A stretch of 63,512 nucleotides of DNA, counting the filler, from Basidiobolus meristosporus CBS 931.73 (Eukaryota; Fungi; Basidiobolomycota), in the NCBI GenBank assembly GCA_002104905.1. It is 4 parts of 4 records of this genome, joined end to end, with 100 filler letters (N's around TTAATTAATTAA, not from the genome) between each part and the next. Parts side by side here need not be neighbours in the genome. Positions count along the whole stretch, not along the records: positions 1 to 28,321 come from MCFE01000886.1; 3 more parts are not named here. The stretch is one strand, 5' to 3'. Under the pieces are notes generated by a model. It worked only from the letters and a program-made list of their open reading frames with translations, was not told where the DNA came from and searched no databases. Below, piece by piece: positions 12,352 through 23,569 of the stretch (position 1 is its first letter; each line of letters starts with the position of its first letter). The translations under genes were made by a program, and so were the position numbers.

Positions 12352-15300
12352 AGACTTCCTTCACAGTTAACAAAAAATCTCACATCCCAATTGGGAAAAT
12401 GTAACATTGGTCATGATGTCAGGGTATGTTTCAGCTGATTGAATGCTCTCTTTTGAGGCTCCAACCTCACAAAACACTGGCCTTTTTTTGTCAATTTGTA
12501 AAGGGGGGCTGCTATTGTTGGAACATTTTTGAGAAAGTAGCAATGGCAGCTGGCTAATCCTAGGAATCCCAACACTGCATTGATATCCTTTGGTGCCAGT
12601 GAATCTTGAACATCTTTTAGGAGTGAAGTGGATGGGTATATCCCATCTGCCAAGATCTTGTGGCCTAGGAACAACATTTTTGTATACAAGAAATGGCACC
12701 TCTGGGGATGTAGTTTGAGTTGGTTCTCAAGGAGGGCTGTCAGAATACATTGCACATTGTGTATAGGTTCTTCTACATCAGGACAATGTATTGTGATGCT
12801 GTCCAGATACAAAAGAGCAGATTCCCATTGTAAATTTCCTAGCACCTTGTTAATCATCCATTGGAATGTAGTGGGAGCATTGCACAAGCCAAAGGGTAGT
12901 TGGTTCTTTTTGTATAATCCAAACAATTTTATAAAAGCAGATTTGGGTCAATCTTCCAGGGCTACTTCTACTTACCAATATCCAGAGATTACGTCAAGAG
13001 AGCTGAAATATTTAGCTTCAACTAATCTGTCCAAGAGGTAGTCTATTTGTGGTAGTGGATACACATCCTTCCAGGTGACAGCATTCAATTTTCAGTAGTT
13101 GATGCAAAAACATTGCTTTCCATCTTTCTTTGGCACTATCACTAAGGGGGTAGCCCACACAGAATGGCTCTCTGTAATGATGTTGTCCTTTGATAAAGTT
13201 TCAATTGTCTCTTTGATATAATCTGTGTCAGTTTTTGAGTTCCTATAGGCTTTTTGCTTGATGGGGTATTTGTCAGCAAGGTGGATTTGGTGATATACCC
13301 CAGGTATATGGCCAATTACTAGGTTCTTAGAGAATAATTGGGCAAGTGGGTGTATTCTGTCTAGGAACTTGTCTTGTAATGTAGGCAGTAGACTATGGTT
13401 CACATCTAGTTTGGGGAGTTCCTCTTCTGGCTCCCTGTCTGTAGGCAGTCCTTGGTTGTTTCCATCAACTTTCTCTAGGTTTAACAATGGCACTCCTCTA
13501 GGCAATGTCACCATATGTTGCCCATTGTTAACCACTAAGAACTTCAGGCTTTGCATTTCAAATTATGGCAGTATCCATACTTTAGGGATCAAGATTCCTT
13601 TCAGTTGCTTGGATACTCTTGTTGCTGTTATCATTCATCTACTTGTCAAATAAGCTACTGATGTCTCTAATGAGATCACAGTCTCACTGGCTTGTGGTAT
13701 TTTTATCACCTCTTGTGTGATGATCAGAGACTGCAACAATTTCACCTCTTTGATTGTCACACTGTTGCTACATGTCTTGCTCTCATTGGTGATATGAATC
13801 AGTGGTATACTTTTGGTATCCCACCTGAGTTCAGATGCATTGTTGAGTATATCCATCTTATGTTGGATTAACCAACTCTTGCTAAGGAGTAGATTGTTGG
13901 TGGCTATGGGTAGGACCACACATCTTGGTGTATAATCAAGTTGCCTAGTTGGACATGGCAATTAGGCACCACTCCTATTGTTATGTCCAGTTGGTCACCT
14001 GCTAGCCATACTCTAATGGTGTTGTTGGGGACTATATCTTACTGTAGACATTTTGCTTATGACTCTGACATGATCAACGTAGAGGATCCTGTGTTAACAA
14101 TGGCAAGAATCTCCTTATTCTCTATACATACCTCTACATATCTACCCTTATTTGGCTTTTGTAGGAGCATCTGGTTGACATGAAAGGTTGTTATCTCCTT
14201 CAATCTCTCTATCATTTCCTTGACTAGAGCCAGGGCAAGCCCTAGTAAATTAGTTATTGGGAGGGTTACCTTGGTTTGCTTTGGTACCTTCACTATGGGG
14301 AATAGGCAAGAAGATGTTCTAGCATTCTTTACTTGCTTCAACACTTCTTCCCAAGGCATAATCTTTTGGGGAGTCCATTTTTCTTTTCTTATTATCACTT
14401 GAATCACTATAGGGCAGCCCTCATAGCAAGATGACTTGTTGTACCTGTTCAACTAACTCTTGCAATGTTTTACATCCCTGTTGTTCTTTAGATGCCTTTT
14501 ATCTTACTTTATTGTCAAAACCCATAATATAATACCTCATGAGCTGTCATTTGGCAATTTTGTCTTTTGGGAGACATCAAACTTGTTGGAGAAACAGTTC
14601 AATGTAAGCTTTATTGCTCTCACTGCTTTTCTTCTGTTGTGGTGGTGTATAAGTCCTAAAGGCAAAATATGGCAGACACTTCTCAAGTGTGTTTGTGTGT
14701 GGGGTGTTCACTGGGCACAATAACCTCTGGAAAAAGCTTGCTAGGAATTCTGCATCTTTTATCTAATCTAACGTGAAGGGCAATAAAGCCTCAAGCTTGT
14801 CAAGGGAAAACTATTTAGCTACAATCCCTAACTTAGTTAGCGCCTTAAAAAAAGTTTATTTTGGCTTCAATGTCCTTTGAGATGACAGTGTACCAAAGCT
14901 TCCAAAGTCTGAACAACTGTAAACCCCACTAACAGGGACTTGATAAGAATGCAGCTTTGACCAATAGTTACAAAGACTGAAAAGTATCTTTGCCTGAACA
15001 AGAACAAACTTGGGAAAACAATCAAATATAATAATATATATCTACTCTGAGTGTTCCTTACAAGTAGCATCTCCAAGGTTAGTTGGCTGTCAACATGGTT
15101 TCCTGGGAGTATTGTCAGGTTGGAGTCAGAAAGCAGTGGTAATAGGTAGCAGTGATCTCATTGATCAAAACATTAGAATATCGGAAGAGGGGATAATTTT
15201 GTGTAAGGGATAGTCTCCCATATATCCTTCTTTTTCTGCTCAAATTCTTGCTAGGAAATACTTTTCAGAAGCTTTCAGAAGATAGTAGAGAGCCAATCAT

Positions 15301-16032
15301 GTCATTTTGTACTAAGAATATCTCAAATTCTTGCTGGATTGTTCCATGAGACATATTAGTACCTTGCCAATCAGATAGTGGTAATATGAAACCTCTGTGT
15401 TCTGTAGTTACCTCATATGGTAGTAGGAAAGGATGGTTATGAGACCAGGATGGTCACATGACATAGGCATCTTTGAGTTACTTGCCTTGCATGGAAACTA
15501 TCTTATCTTGGCATCTTGGCAAGGAATAGTAATAGCTTGTGTAATGGGTTAATAATGACAAATAGTTTGCCAGGTCACATATTTATAATCACATAGACAG
15601 ATAGAAAATTTTGCAATTTGGAATGATACCAATATTGGGGTGGTAATCCTTTTTAGGGAAGTGAATGTATGGGAATGAGCACATCTGTCTGTGGGTGTCA
15701 CTGTGACCCCACTACACCATGAGGACAGTAGAAGGGCTTTGCAGTGGTATCTTTTAGCATACAGCAAGCATGGCTTGTAGGCTTCTTCTGGTGCATACCA
15801 TTGGTCTTTTACTGCATCTTCCAACCTATGATGTCATTGCCATGCTGACCCTTCCATATGTCTTGCAAACTCCCATACTTTCTTATTTTCATCCCATCCT
15901 GCATCAACCACAACTCTCTTAAGCTTATCAAACCATGTAAGGGCATTCTCTCACTTTCCCTTGTATGCTTTTAGTTTGATTGTAGTAGTCATTACCTCAC
16001 TTGTGCTTATTTCTGCAAAGACAGGACCAATA
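12352..16032 (-). pseudogene. Ty3/Gypsy gag-pol (Gypsy-D), decayed; interrupted by solo LTR C in gag and by the CACTA terminus in RNase H
   Basis: gag (KAYKGK..NALTWFDKLKRV..AGWD), PR (LAIVNTGSS), RT (PLVIVPKKDGK.CFCINY..LN, LPFGLCNAPTTFQ, LYLDS) and partial RNase H. Confidence 0.88.
14638..15716 (-). mobile_element. Solo LTR family C, inverted, in Gypsy-D gag
   Basis: Reverse complement of both family C termini. The flanks CTGT and CCAT both derive from CCGT by CpG decay. Confidence 0.85.
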
Positions 16033-16483
16033 TGTAGGTTATTACTGACTGTATTTGGTGAGTGGAAGAGCTTGTAAGTCAAATTAGTACCACTTGGTTC
16101 AAAATAACTTCCATTATAAAGTAGCAAGGTAATAAAGAGTTGTGTTTACTCCGTCCAAATCTTGTTGTTCACTCACTTGGTTCAATTGGATATATATACT
16201 ACTAAGAGAGGCTTAGATAATAGACAGTGAGTTTAAAAATAGGGGTGTGAATACCTTCCTGCTATATAAGTGTTCTAACTAGATAAGGGCTGGAGTAGGA
16301 GGGAGGACACATGGGGGAATCATAGGAAGGATACTGGGGGACTTAGGGTTGGACTCTGGGGAGAACTCTTGGGCCAAGAGTGGGTACTACATTTAGTGCT
16401 CACATATCACAGGGGTTAAGAGGGAGCTTTGTCCTCAAAGTTCTTTGACTAACTTGCTCCTCCAGGATCAATTTTGTTGTACA
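16033..16483 (-). mobile_element. Probable 5' LTR of Gypsy-D (451 bp)
   Basis: TGTA...TACA termini. On the minus strand it is followed by a 3-nt spacer, then TGGTCCTGT (PBS-like), then gag. No second copy is available for confirmation. Confidence 0.5.
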
Positions 16484-17498
16484 TCAAAATAAATGCATTT
16501 CAGACTTTACGCTATGCTGACACTAACCATTTGGGTTACCATCTCCCCAATTGGAGAGTGTGACAATAATTGATTGGTCTGAAAGTATCCTGAAGCTGTA
16601 AGTCCTCAATTGGCCCATTGACCAATACATAAGCTACTTGATTTGCCATCAAATATTCCATTTTGCCCATTGAGCATGTAAATCCCTAATCTTAGAGATT
16701 AGACAAGGTTTCATAGCAAACATGCAACCAATTGTGTAGATGTAAATCAGATCAAATAGGCTCACTAGTGTCACAGATGATGTATATATATGCTGGGTAT
16801 TTATTATAGGCGCTCTGTCTCACAAGTGAGACAGCTGTATATTAGCTGGTAACAATTCAATATGATCCCATCATCTGCTCCTAGGTTCTTTTTTCATAAG
16901 GATTATTACTGAAGCATTTGCAAGTGATTCACATTGCACACTTGAACTACTTCCTTGTTCACTATCATCTTGCCTATGTGCATACTTGTAGTCAGTATCT
17001 TGCCTCCTAGTTGATGAGTGCAATGTTAGTGCTTGGTTGTGCTGAATTACTCCAGATGATAGGATGGAACCAGCCTAAAGAGCCATGTGCTGATGCATTC
17101 TTTTACTTGCCAAAGGCTTCAGTGGTGGAGGCACTTCATGTGGGTAATTGTCAGTCAGTTCATCAGATGTAAACTGCTGATGGTCAGGTAAAGCAGCACA
17201 CAAAGGTGCAACTTAATGCATTGGCAAAGCTCTTGGCTAAGTTCTATGTGATATTACATGTTGACACAACTTGGCCTGCTCCAATGGACTTGTGTCTGAG
17301 CAAGCAGTATGGCAAGTTCTGGTAGTTTTGCTCTGAGGTGCACATGTTGATCTGACACACATTGACTCAAAGAGGGGTGCTCATGTGTGGGGTGTTGGTG
17401 TAGATTAATCTGATGTGTGCCAGTGTTGCAGGGGATGGTAAGGAGTTAAGCAAAGCATGCTGGTGCAAACTGGATGTAATTGATTGTGGTCTGCATTC

Positions 17499-18770
17499 TG
17501 TTGTGTTGTATTATGATTAGTTTGGGGCTTGTTCTACAATGTAGAGGCTAATCAACAATATACAACAGCTTCTAGTATGCTAATACTGAAATAGTTTATT
17601 GGGAGTTTGATATACCAATAGAAGATATAACTTTCTCTAATTTCCTTAATCTTAGGCTCAAAATATACTGTAGGCAGTGTTTATCACTTCTACAGCAGTG
17701 TTCTGACCTTCTGTTGACTAATGGGCTTATTTACTTTTATAGCAACTTTTCCTTATTTGGAATTCACTTTCCTTTCTGAGAAAACATTTGCTAATATGGA
17801 AATTCTGACTCCCCTTTAGCCTAAAGGGGTGTGTTGTAGAAGTCTCTAAAGGGGTCTTTAGACCTAAAGGGATGTCTAAAGGGGTGTCTTTAGAGCAAAG
17901 GGGTGTCTAGCAGGGTGTCTTTAGAGTAAAGGGGCTTCTTGTAATGGTCTCTAAAGTGGACTTTACACAAAAGGGGTGTCTAAAGGGGCTTCTTTAGAGC
18001 AAAGGGGTCTCTTAAAGGGGTCTCTAAAGGGGTCTTTAGACTAAAGGGGTGTCTAGAGGGGTGTCTCTAGAGTAAAGGGGTTTCTTAGAGGGGACTTTGC
18101 TGACAGAAAAGTGGTAGTTTCTTGTGGAACTTAGATTGGATTCTTGTGAGCCTTGCAGTTTCTTTACTGATGTAGTACCAATCAAATTCAGAATACTCAA
18201 CAATGCAAGTGATGCAGGGGAAGTCTTATAGCCTTTAAACTTGTAACTGTAGTGTGAAGATTCTGGAAAGAGAGGCTTGCTTTTTATTTTTCAGCTGGGG
18301 AAGTCATATATATGAAAATTTTGAAGGATCAAAGTTTTTGGGCAATTGCGCAAGCAATACATGTGATACAAAGCTAAAACCTTGCAGTTGCACAGATTGG
18401 ACATAGGCGCAGCACCTGTGAGAGTTTCACATGATTTGATTGGCTGGTTTTAAAGTTACATGCAATCAAAGTCACCATAGTAATCCTAGCAATAAGGCAT
18501 AGTATATTTAATAATTGGACTCTTTTGGTCATTACTCCTTAAGTACTGCTTCAAGTGAGCTGTAATCTGAAACATGTGTTGGCTACTACTTGCTCTGTGG
18601 GACATAATATTCTTGGGTGCATTGCTTCTCAGGGTCTGGAGCATTTGCTCTTCAAACTTGGAAATTCTTGATCTTTCACTTGTGTGTTACAATAGCAAAA
18701 AGCAAATAAAGAAATGAGTGCAATATTGGTTTAGAGATATTGTAGTAATGGAACACTTTCCATTACCACA
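17499..18770 (+). mobile_element. Solo LTR family A (1272 bp), 4-bp TSD ATTC
   Basis: TGTTG...CCACA termini with ATTC at 17495-17498 and 18771-18774. Removing it restores the uninterrupted family B sequence seen at ~1001-1020. Sense strand is inferred only from an AATAAA near 18705. Confidence 0.88.
17815..18095 (+). repeat. G-rich imperfect minisatellite inside LTR A (AAAGGGG-TGTCT-TTAGAG modules)
   Basis: More than a dozen AAGGGG tracts with shuffled spacers. The complementary C-rich version is at ~85-290. Confidence 0.85.
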
Positions 18771-20189
18771 ATTCTCCCTCTTGAAGCTCACCTTCTGATT
18801 CAGCCAACTATTCACTTACCCTCTTTCTTATACTTTGAAATGTTGCCTTAATGAGTCCTATGAACATTGCTCTTAGAAGCCATGCAGGTTGGCAATATAT
18901 AAAATATATCAAGTAGTGCATTAGTCATTTGAGGAAATAACTCACTCAATATCACTTTGGATCACAAAAGTGAGGCATGAACGGATGCTTCTGACCTGTA
19001 CTGTGCAAATTGAGCACAGAATTGTTTGCACATGGCATCCTCATCAAATTCCCTCACTCTCAGCTTATTCTTGATTTCATTGCTTGTCCTGTTTTACATC
19101 TGCTTACATACATGTGCTGGAATCTGAATGTAGAGACCATGCCACAGCTTTCCACTCGGATTCTTCCATATTAGTCAACTCTCTGTGGTATCCAGTTCTG
19201 CTTGATTGATGAGTATTGCCCAAATATTTGTATGAAGGCTCATCAAAGACACTTGGGCTACACTAAAATCATTTGGCAACAACTTGAACAGATCTGACAT
19301 CTGCTCTTATGGTCCATACCAAGCTTGTGAGCTGGGGGAGGGGTTTTGTCTGGGTAGTACTAAAGATGAGTTGGAACTTGGTATAGAGACTATAATGACA
19401 GATTTGGATACTTATACAGTGGTATATTGGCATCAACCTGGTCTTATTGAAAAATACATGAAAACTGATGTGATTTTGAGTTCTCCATATATTACACATG
19501 ATTCATTTTGAATTGCACTGATACAGGTCAGTTCACATTAATTGCAGATTTCCTATTTGATTATAGACTTGTGAGTAAATCATCAAAAGAGTCACCAAAT
19601 TGTTGTTTGAGGATAATTTTTGTCTTGGATCTAATTGTCATGGATCAGATCACATCAATCTCAGATTTCCTATTTGATTATACACTTGTAAGTGAATCAT
19701 CAGTAAAATCACCAAGTCATTATTTGAAAATGATTTTTGCAACATACTGATGGGTTACATGGGAATTGATGAGGATTTAGTCATAATGCATGGAAAATTG
19801 GATAAATTAAGCTGATTGCGCTAAATCAATTCATATCACCTCTACCCAATCTTGTATCAGTTCTAATATGACTTACTCATTTGAATGGTCATTGTGTATC
19901 AATCCTATCACCACCACTGGATTTCCTTTTGACACATTAGAGGAGATCTGTACCAAGTACTGTGGATCATTTACTCCCATCTACTCAGCAAGATCCCTTG
20001 TTATGCTCCTCTGCTAGTACAAGAACTTCTGCCATACAAGGTTTCATCCCACCATCCATGGCAACAAATGTCCTGGAAGCTTTCATTCCCAGCTGACAGC
20101 AATGGAATATCACCTTGCAGAGGGTATGAGTGACTTAGAGCAAGCTTGGAATATCCAGCTCAGAGTGTCCAATAGACATTCATATTTGA

Positions 20190-22308
20190 GAGTGTGCAAA
20201 GAGCTTTCTTAGCCACATTGCTTTTTTTGTAGCTTCACAGGCTGCTATATACCCTGCCTCTGTGGTAGAAAGTGCTGCAGTTGGTTGCTTTCTTGAATTC
20301 CATGAAGTTGCTCTTTTGCAGTAAAAAAAGGTGTATCCTGTGAAGGATTTTCTGTCTTCAAGATTTTGTCTGCAATCAGCATCAGAGCATCCCACAAGAT
20401 CCTGCTCTGAATCCTTATAAGTGTATCTTATGCAGATATCAGCAGTTCCTTTTAGGTATCTAAAAATCCGCTCAAGTGCTGCAATATGATCAGATCCATA
20501 GTTCTGATTATACTGGCTGACAACTCCCACTAACCCTAGCCCTAAATTGTATTGTAAGCAGGCATCAGCTGTTCCTTTTAGATATCCAAAAATCTGCTTG
20601 ACTGCTGCTATATGCTCAGATCCATAGTTCTGATTATGTTGGCCAACAACTCCCACTGAATATGAGATATCCGGACATGTTCCAAGCATGATATACATCA
20701 GACTGCCTACCATAGATTGATAAGGAAAGTCAGGGCTTTCAGATGGCTCCAAGATCTCTTGATTTGGCTGAGTTATGACCAAACTAAGGTTTGTCTCCAT
20801 AGGGGTAGCTGCCAGTTTACAGACTTCCATATGGTACTACTTTTGTCAATCTTGAATATACTTGGATTGGCTTAGGGTGATAGTGTGGGTACTTCTGTTC
20901 ATGGAGAACCTGGTCCCTAAGCAGTAACTGAGTTCTCCTAGATTGGACATCTTGAACTCCTTAGATAAGCTGGATTTAGTCTCTTCTGATGTTGCTAGGT
21001 TATTGGCAGCTATAATATGATCATCCACATGCAGAGCAAATAGAACTGGATTTGCTCTATGTGGCTTATAGTATATACTATAGTCAGCATTACTTCTTTC
21101 AAAACTCAGAGATTTTAGATAAGAATTTATCTTGCAATTCCAGGCTCTTGGTGATTGTTTGGGACCATACACACACTTTTTGAGCTTGCAGACCAAATGG
21201 GGCTATCTTGGTCAACAAACCCATTAGGGTTGTCTGTATATATGTCCTGATCAAGTTCTTAATTCAAAAATGCAGCTTTTACATCCATTTGATCAATAAA
21301 AAACTTGTATTTGGCTGCAATAGCCAGTATGAATTGGATGAAATTAAACTTAGCTACCAGTGCAAAAGTCTCAGTATAGTCAAGTATTTTGTTTGAGAGT
21401 ATCCTTTGGCCATAAGTTTTTTTCTGTACCTTTTGATTGTACCATCAGGCTTTTATTTTGTCTTAAAGACCCATCTGCATCCAATTGATTTTTGGTTGAT
21501 TGGTATTATGACCAAGTCCCTAATTTGATTTTCCATCAGGGCCTGATATTCTTCAGTCATTGCAGATCTCCAAAATTTTGTCTGAGGGCTATTTAGTGCC
21601 TCTTTTACAGTCTGGGGTTCATCAATATTTATTTGGGCTATTTCTTGTCCAATTGGATATCTAGGCATTTGATACTGGAATGCTCACTTTGGGGATATTC
21701 CTGGGCACTGTTTCAGGCTGAACCAAGGTTATAGAGTCCTCTGGAGTGAAAAAACATTAGTGCTTTGCTCTGATTCAATCCTGACATTTGGTGGACTTGA
21801 GATCAGATTTTTGTCATCATCTGGTATCATTTTTTGTGAGAATTTTGTATTTTCATTGGAGAACATATCTTGGGACTTGATAAGCTTCATTGTGTTGGTA
21901 TTGTAGTGTCTGTATGCTTTACTCTCATTACAGTTGCCCAAAAATACGTATTTTACACTTGTTGGCTCATATTTTGACTGATTTCTGGGCAGTTTCTTGA
22001 CATATGCTGTACAATCAAGTATTCATAGATGTTCTGCACTTAGTCTGTATCCATACCATGCTTCAAATGGAATAGAATCACAAAGTAATCTGTTGCAACT
22101 TCTATTTTTATGGTATACAGCTGTAGCAACTGGTTCCACCCAAGAATCATAGGATAATTTTTGACCATGGATCATAGATCTTGCTATATCTATTATTGAT
22201 CTGTTTGCATGTTCAGCTACTCCATTTTACTGTGAGGAGTATGGTTCAGTAGTCTCTTACTTTATCCCATGAATTTGGCAGAAGTGGATGAGAGTTTTGA
22301 GGTGTATT
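20190..22308 (-). pseudogene. Ty1/Copia pol fragment (family H/J): IN C-terminus, RT, start of RNase H
   Basis: EPQTVKEAL..W..AM.EEY, W+FKTK, LKKCVYGPKQSPRAWN, LHVDD, PYQSMVGSLMY, GCSDADC, and ALSTTEAGY.AA.EA.K.A.WL. The left end is cut at ~20190. Confidence 0.92.
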
Positions 22309-23569
22309 TGTTATGATTTGCCACTTGAATGATTAAGTTAGATCAGTTTTTAGTCAAATCAATTAGCATATGTTTAAGTTATCAGTATATCAGTAGTATC
22401 TATCAAATCAGTAGCATTATTCAGCAAATGAATCAGCAGATCCTTTTCAGACAGAAATAGATATATTAAGTAGGATCTTATTGGGTGATGATGATGCAAT
22501 CAAATGAGTCATCAGCCACAACCTACATTAGGAAATACAATTAGTCAGCAATTGATCTGGCAAAATGTATATAAGGAGCTGCTGGTACCTCAATAAAGAT
22601 CAGTTCAAGTTTTAGTGAATACAATGCTAGCTAAACTCCCTATTCCTCTACAACTCTTATACCAAGACCTGTAACATTGGTGGCAGCAATAACCAGAGAC
22701 CTCCCTCCTGAAGAAAGAAGAAGCCTCCCTCAAGATGTCCAAAAATCAAGAATGGAAGAATGCTATGCAGCAAATCCTGGCCTAACAGCAACAGTTACTC
22801 CAGATCCTTAGCCAGCAACAACAAGGAATGACTACCAAGGCCCAAAGCCAGCAAAACCCTGTCAAGCGCTACTTTAGTGTGAAAGTCAACCGGTACCATG
22901 GTAGAGTCAATGAAAACCTCTGAGCTTGGCTCTTCCAGATTGAAGAAGCTTTCAAGGCTAAGGAAATTGCTCCAGAAAGCAAGTTACATTTTGCAGCCTC
23001 TTACCTGGCAGATGAAGGTTTACAGTGGTATCACAACAAGATCAGGTTATCCACCATGATGGGACGCTCTACAATCTCTACCTGGGATGAGTTTGTGTTG
23101 GAAATTCAGGATGCCTTTGAACCCCCACACCAACCAACACTACTAAGAAGAAAGTTGAAGACACTCAGACAGAAAGGAATGGTACAAGAGTACATCTACA
23201 AATATAGGTGTCTACTTGGACAAATTGAAAGAATGGCCCCTCTGGGTCAAGTTGAATACCTTATTGATGGGTTAAAAGAAAGAACTTGTAAGGAAGTGAA
23301 TTATTGAAGAACTCAGACTATTGAGGAAGCCATCAGATTACCATTGAATATGACTTAGCTATGTTTGGAGTTGGGAAGCCAACAGTGACTAATCACAGAG
23401 GCTACAATCACTATCAAAGAAAACAATCCAAAGCAGTGCCAATGGAAATAGATGCTATACAGAAGAATCCTACCTCAGAAGAATGTAAGAAGAAAGGACT
23501 TTGCTTGAATTGCCACCAGCAGGGACATAATGCAAAGTACTGCCCTCAGAGAAGAAATGGACATAAACC
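22309..23569 (+). mobile_element. Ty3/Gypsy-G: 5' LTR (22309-22676), PBS (22678-22690) and decayed gag, inserted in Copia-H
   Basis: TGTTA...TAACA LTR. PBS TGGTGGCAGCAAT resembles Leu-type TGGTGGCAGCGGT. The retrotransposon gag (W.FQIEEAF...HFAASYL...LQWY...TWDEF...F) and the knuckle CLNCHQQGHNAKYC are cut by a Copia-E LTR at 23570. Confidence 0.85.

Larger units (their letters stand above)
16763..20190 (-). mobile_element. Family B repeat copy 2, preceded by a CACTA-like terminus and split by solo LTR A
   Basis: CACTAG at 16763 plus a 36-bp insert plus TATAGGCGCT matches the CACTA terminus at 12351. The body is homologous to 606-1550 and has an internal duplication at ~19520-19600 / ~19640-19720. 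Confidence 0.5.

Noticed and set aside
16341-21230. Single TTAGGG hexamers at ~16343, ~20872 and ~21223
   Set aside because: Isolated single units are expected by chance and are not arrays.
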